From: Octopus bimaculoides
Taxonomy: Eukaryota
DNA length: 64,000 nt
Direction of reading: 5' to 3'
Assembly: GCF_001194135.2 (NCBI RefSeq)
Contig: NC_068992.1
Span: forward strand, 66,609,950 to 66,673,949
Part shown: piece after piece, positions 62,666-64,000 of the stretch
Layout: each line of letters opens with the position of its first letter
Numbering within the stretch: position 1 is the stretch's first letter
The notes under the pieces: generated by a model
Database searches by the model: none
Seen by the model: only the letters and a program-made list of their open reading frames with translations
Told to the model about the DNA's origin: nothing
Program-made: the position numbers and the translations under genes

Positions 62666-63750
62666 CCCTCCACCTCTTTCTCCTCCTCAGTTTTATATAT
62701 ATTTTATATACTATTATTCCATTGCCATCAATTTTCTGTCATTTTACTCTCCTTACTCTCTTCCCCATCCCCACCATGACCACAACAACAACAACAACAA
62801 CACGCGCACACACACCGTACACTCACAAGTTTATTATTTACACGGAGAAACATATTCACATACGCAAAATACTTACGCACAGCAGTCCAAATACACAGGT
62901 GGGCATAAAACCACACACACACACGCACACACATACAGAGACACTCACACACACACACACACACGCATGCACACGCGCGCACAGCTGTATACAGACGTAA
63001 TGTCGGCAATAGCAAATATAGCATGTGAAGTCGATAGAAAGACTCACTTTGAATTGTGCAGAGAGAGAGAGTGAGAGAGAGTGAGAGAGAGAGAGGGAGA
63101 GAGAGAGAGTGTGAGAGAGAGAGAGAGAGAGAGAGAGNNNNNNNNNNNNNNNNNNNNNNNNNNNNNNNNNNNNNNNNNNNNNNNNNNNNNNNNNNNNNNN
63201 NNNNNNNNNNNNNNNNNNNNNNNNNNNNNNNNNNNNNNNNNNNNNNNNNNNNNNNNNNNNNNNNNNNNNNNNNNNNNNNNNNNNNNNNNNNNNNNNNNNN
63301 NNNNNNNNNNNNNNNNNNNNNNNNNNNNNNNNNNNNNNNNNNNNNNNNNNNNNNNNNNNNNNNNNNNNNNNNNNNNNNNNNNNNNNNNNNNNNNNNNNNN
63401 NNNNNNNNNNNNNNNNNNNNNNNNNNNNNNNNNNNNNNNNNNNNNNNNNNNNNNNNNNNCTTCAATTCGTCTTCTCTCTTTCCTATTCCTCTCCCTTTTG
63501 TCTTTTTGAAATTTCTCCTCCTCCTCTCTCTCTCTCTCCCTCTCTGTGTGTCCCTCTTGGTTTTGTTGCTATAGCAACAATTATAGTGAGCCGCCATCAT
63601 ACTTTCCAGCAGCCTTAAGCTCCACGATTAAAATAAGAATGGGTTTCTTCGTTCTACAGAATCAACGAACCAACAGAATATTTGTTTTACCGTTTTCTTT
63701 TTGATTTGACAGCAGTATATTTGTTTGTTGTTTTGGTCGGTTATGAGTGC

Positions 63751-63827
63751 GAGCACCTCGCACTTGAGTTGCACGTCTCGCACTTGAGTTCGACACCTTG
63801 CACTTGAGCTGCACATCTCGCACTTGA
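63751..63827. repeat. 20-bp tandem repeat x4 with invariant GCACTTGA
   Basis: CACTTGA at 63761, 63781, 63801, 63821. Confidence 0.95.
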
Positions 63828-64000
63828 CATGTCTTCATCTCAACACAGAAACAACAAACAAACATGAAAAAAAGAAAAGACACATAGAAAGAAAATTCAA
63901 ATACTAACAGCAATAACATATTAGGTGCCGAAATATCTGCTTTTATAATCTATAAAAGAAGCGCCTGGGGTCAGAGAAAGGGGTCGAAAGGAGTCAAATA

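Noticed and set aside
62330-63000. 149-aa and 206-aa low-complexity ORFs
   Set aside because: Stop-free triplet repeats; no domain.

Overview
AT-rich, microsatellite-dense eukaryotic non-coding DNA with about 17 assembly gaps (about 5 kb of N). The tRNA-derived SINE families and the repeat load resemble an Octopus (coleoid cephalopod) scaffold; this is inferred, not proven. No intact protein-coding gene, rRNA, true tRNA or CRISPR array can be supported, and most long ORFs in the track are gap or microsatellite artefacts. The window is mainly a collection of decayed transposons: about 20 SINE copies or fragments from three tRNA-derived families (labelled A, B, C here), a dispersed repeat D, MITEs, three unrelated hAT transposase relics, two Tx1/L1-type LINE fragments, two R4/Dong-type fragments, a CRE-like REL retrotransposon relic and Penelope-like relics. 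The best finding is a 45-nt minimal type I hammerhead ribozyme fold at 9906-9950 (-). It has a palindromic helix III and a compensated U3-A8 core, and lies downstream of a 24-bp minisatellite and a Penelope-like relic. A second, decayed hammerhead-like motif is at 17147-17199. Several splice-site-bounded micro-exon candidates occur on both strands but cannot be assigned to a gene. All alignments were made by eye and element boundaries are approximate.
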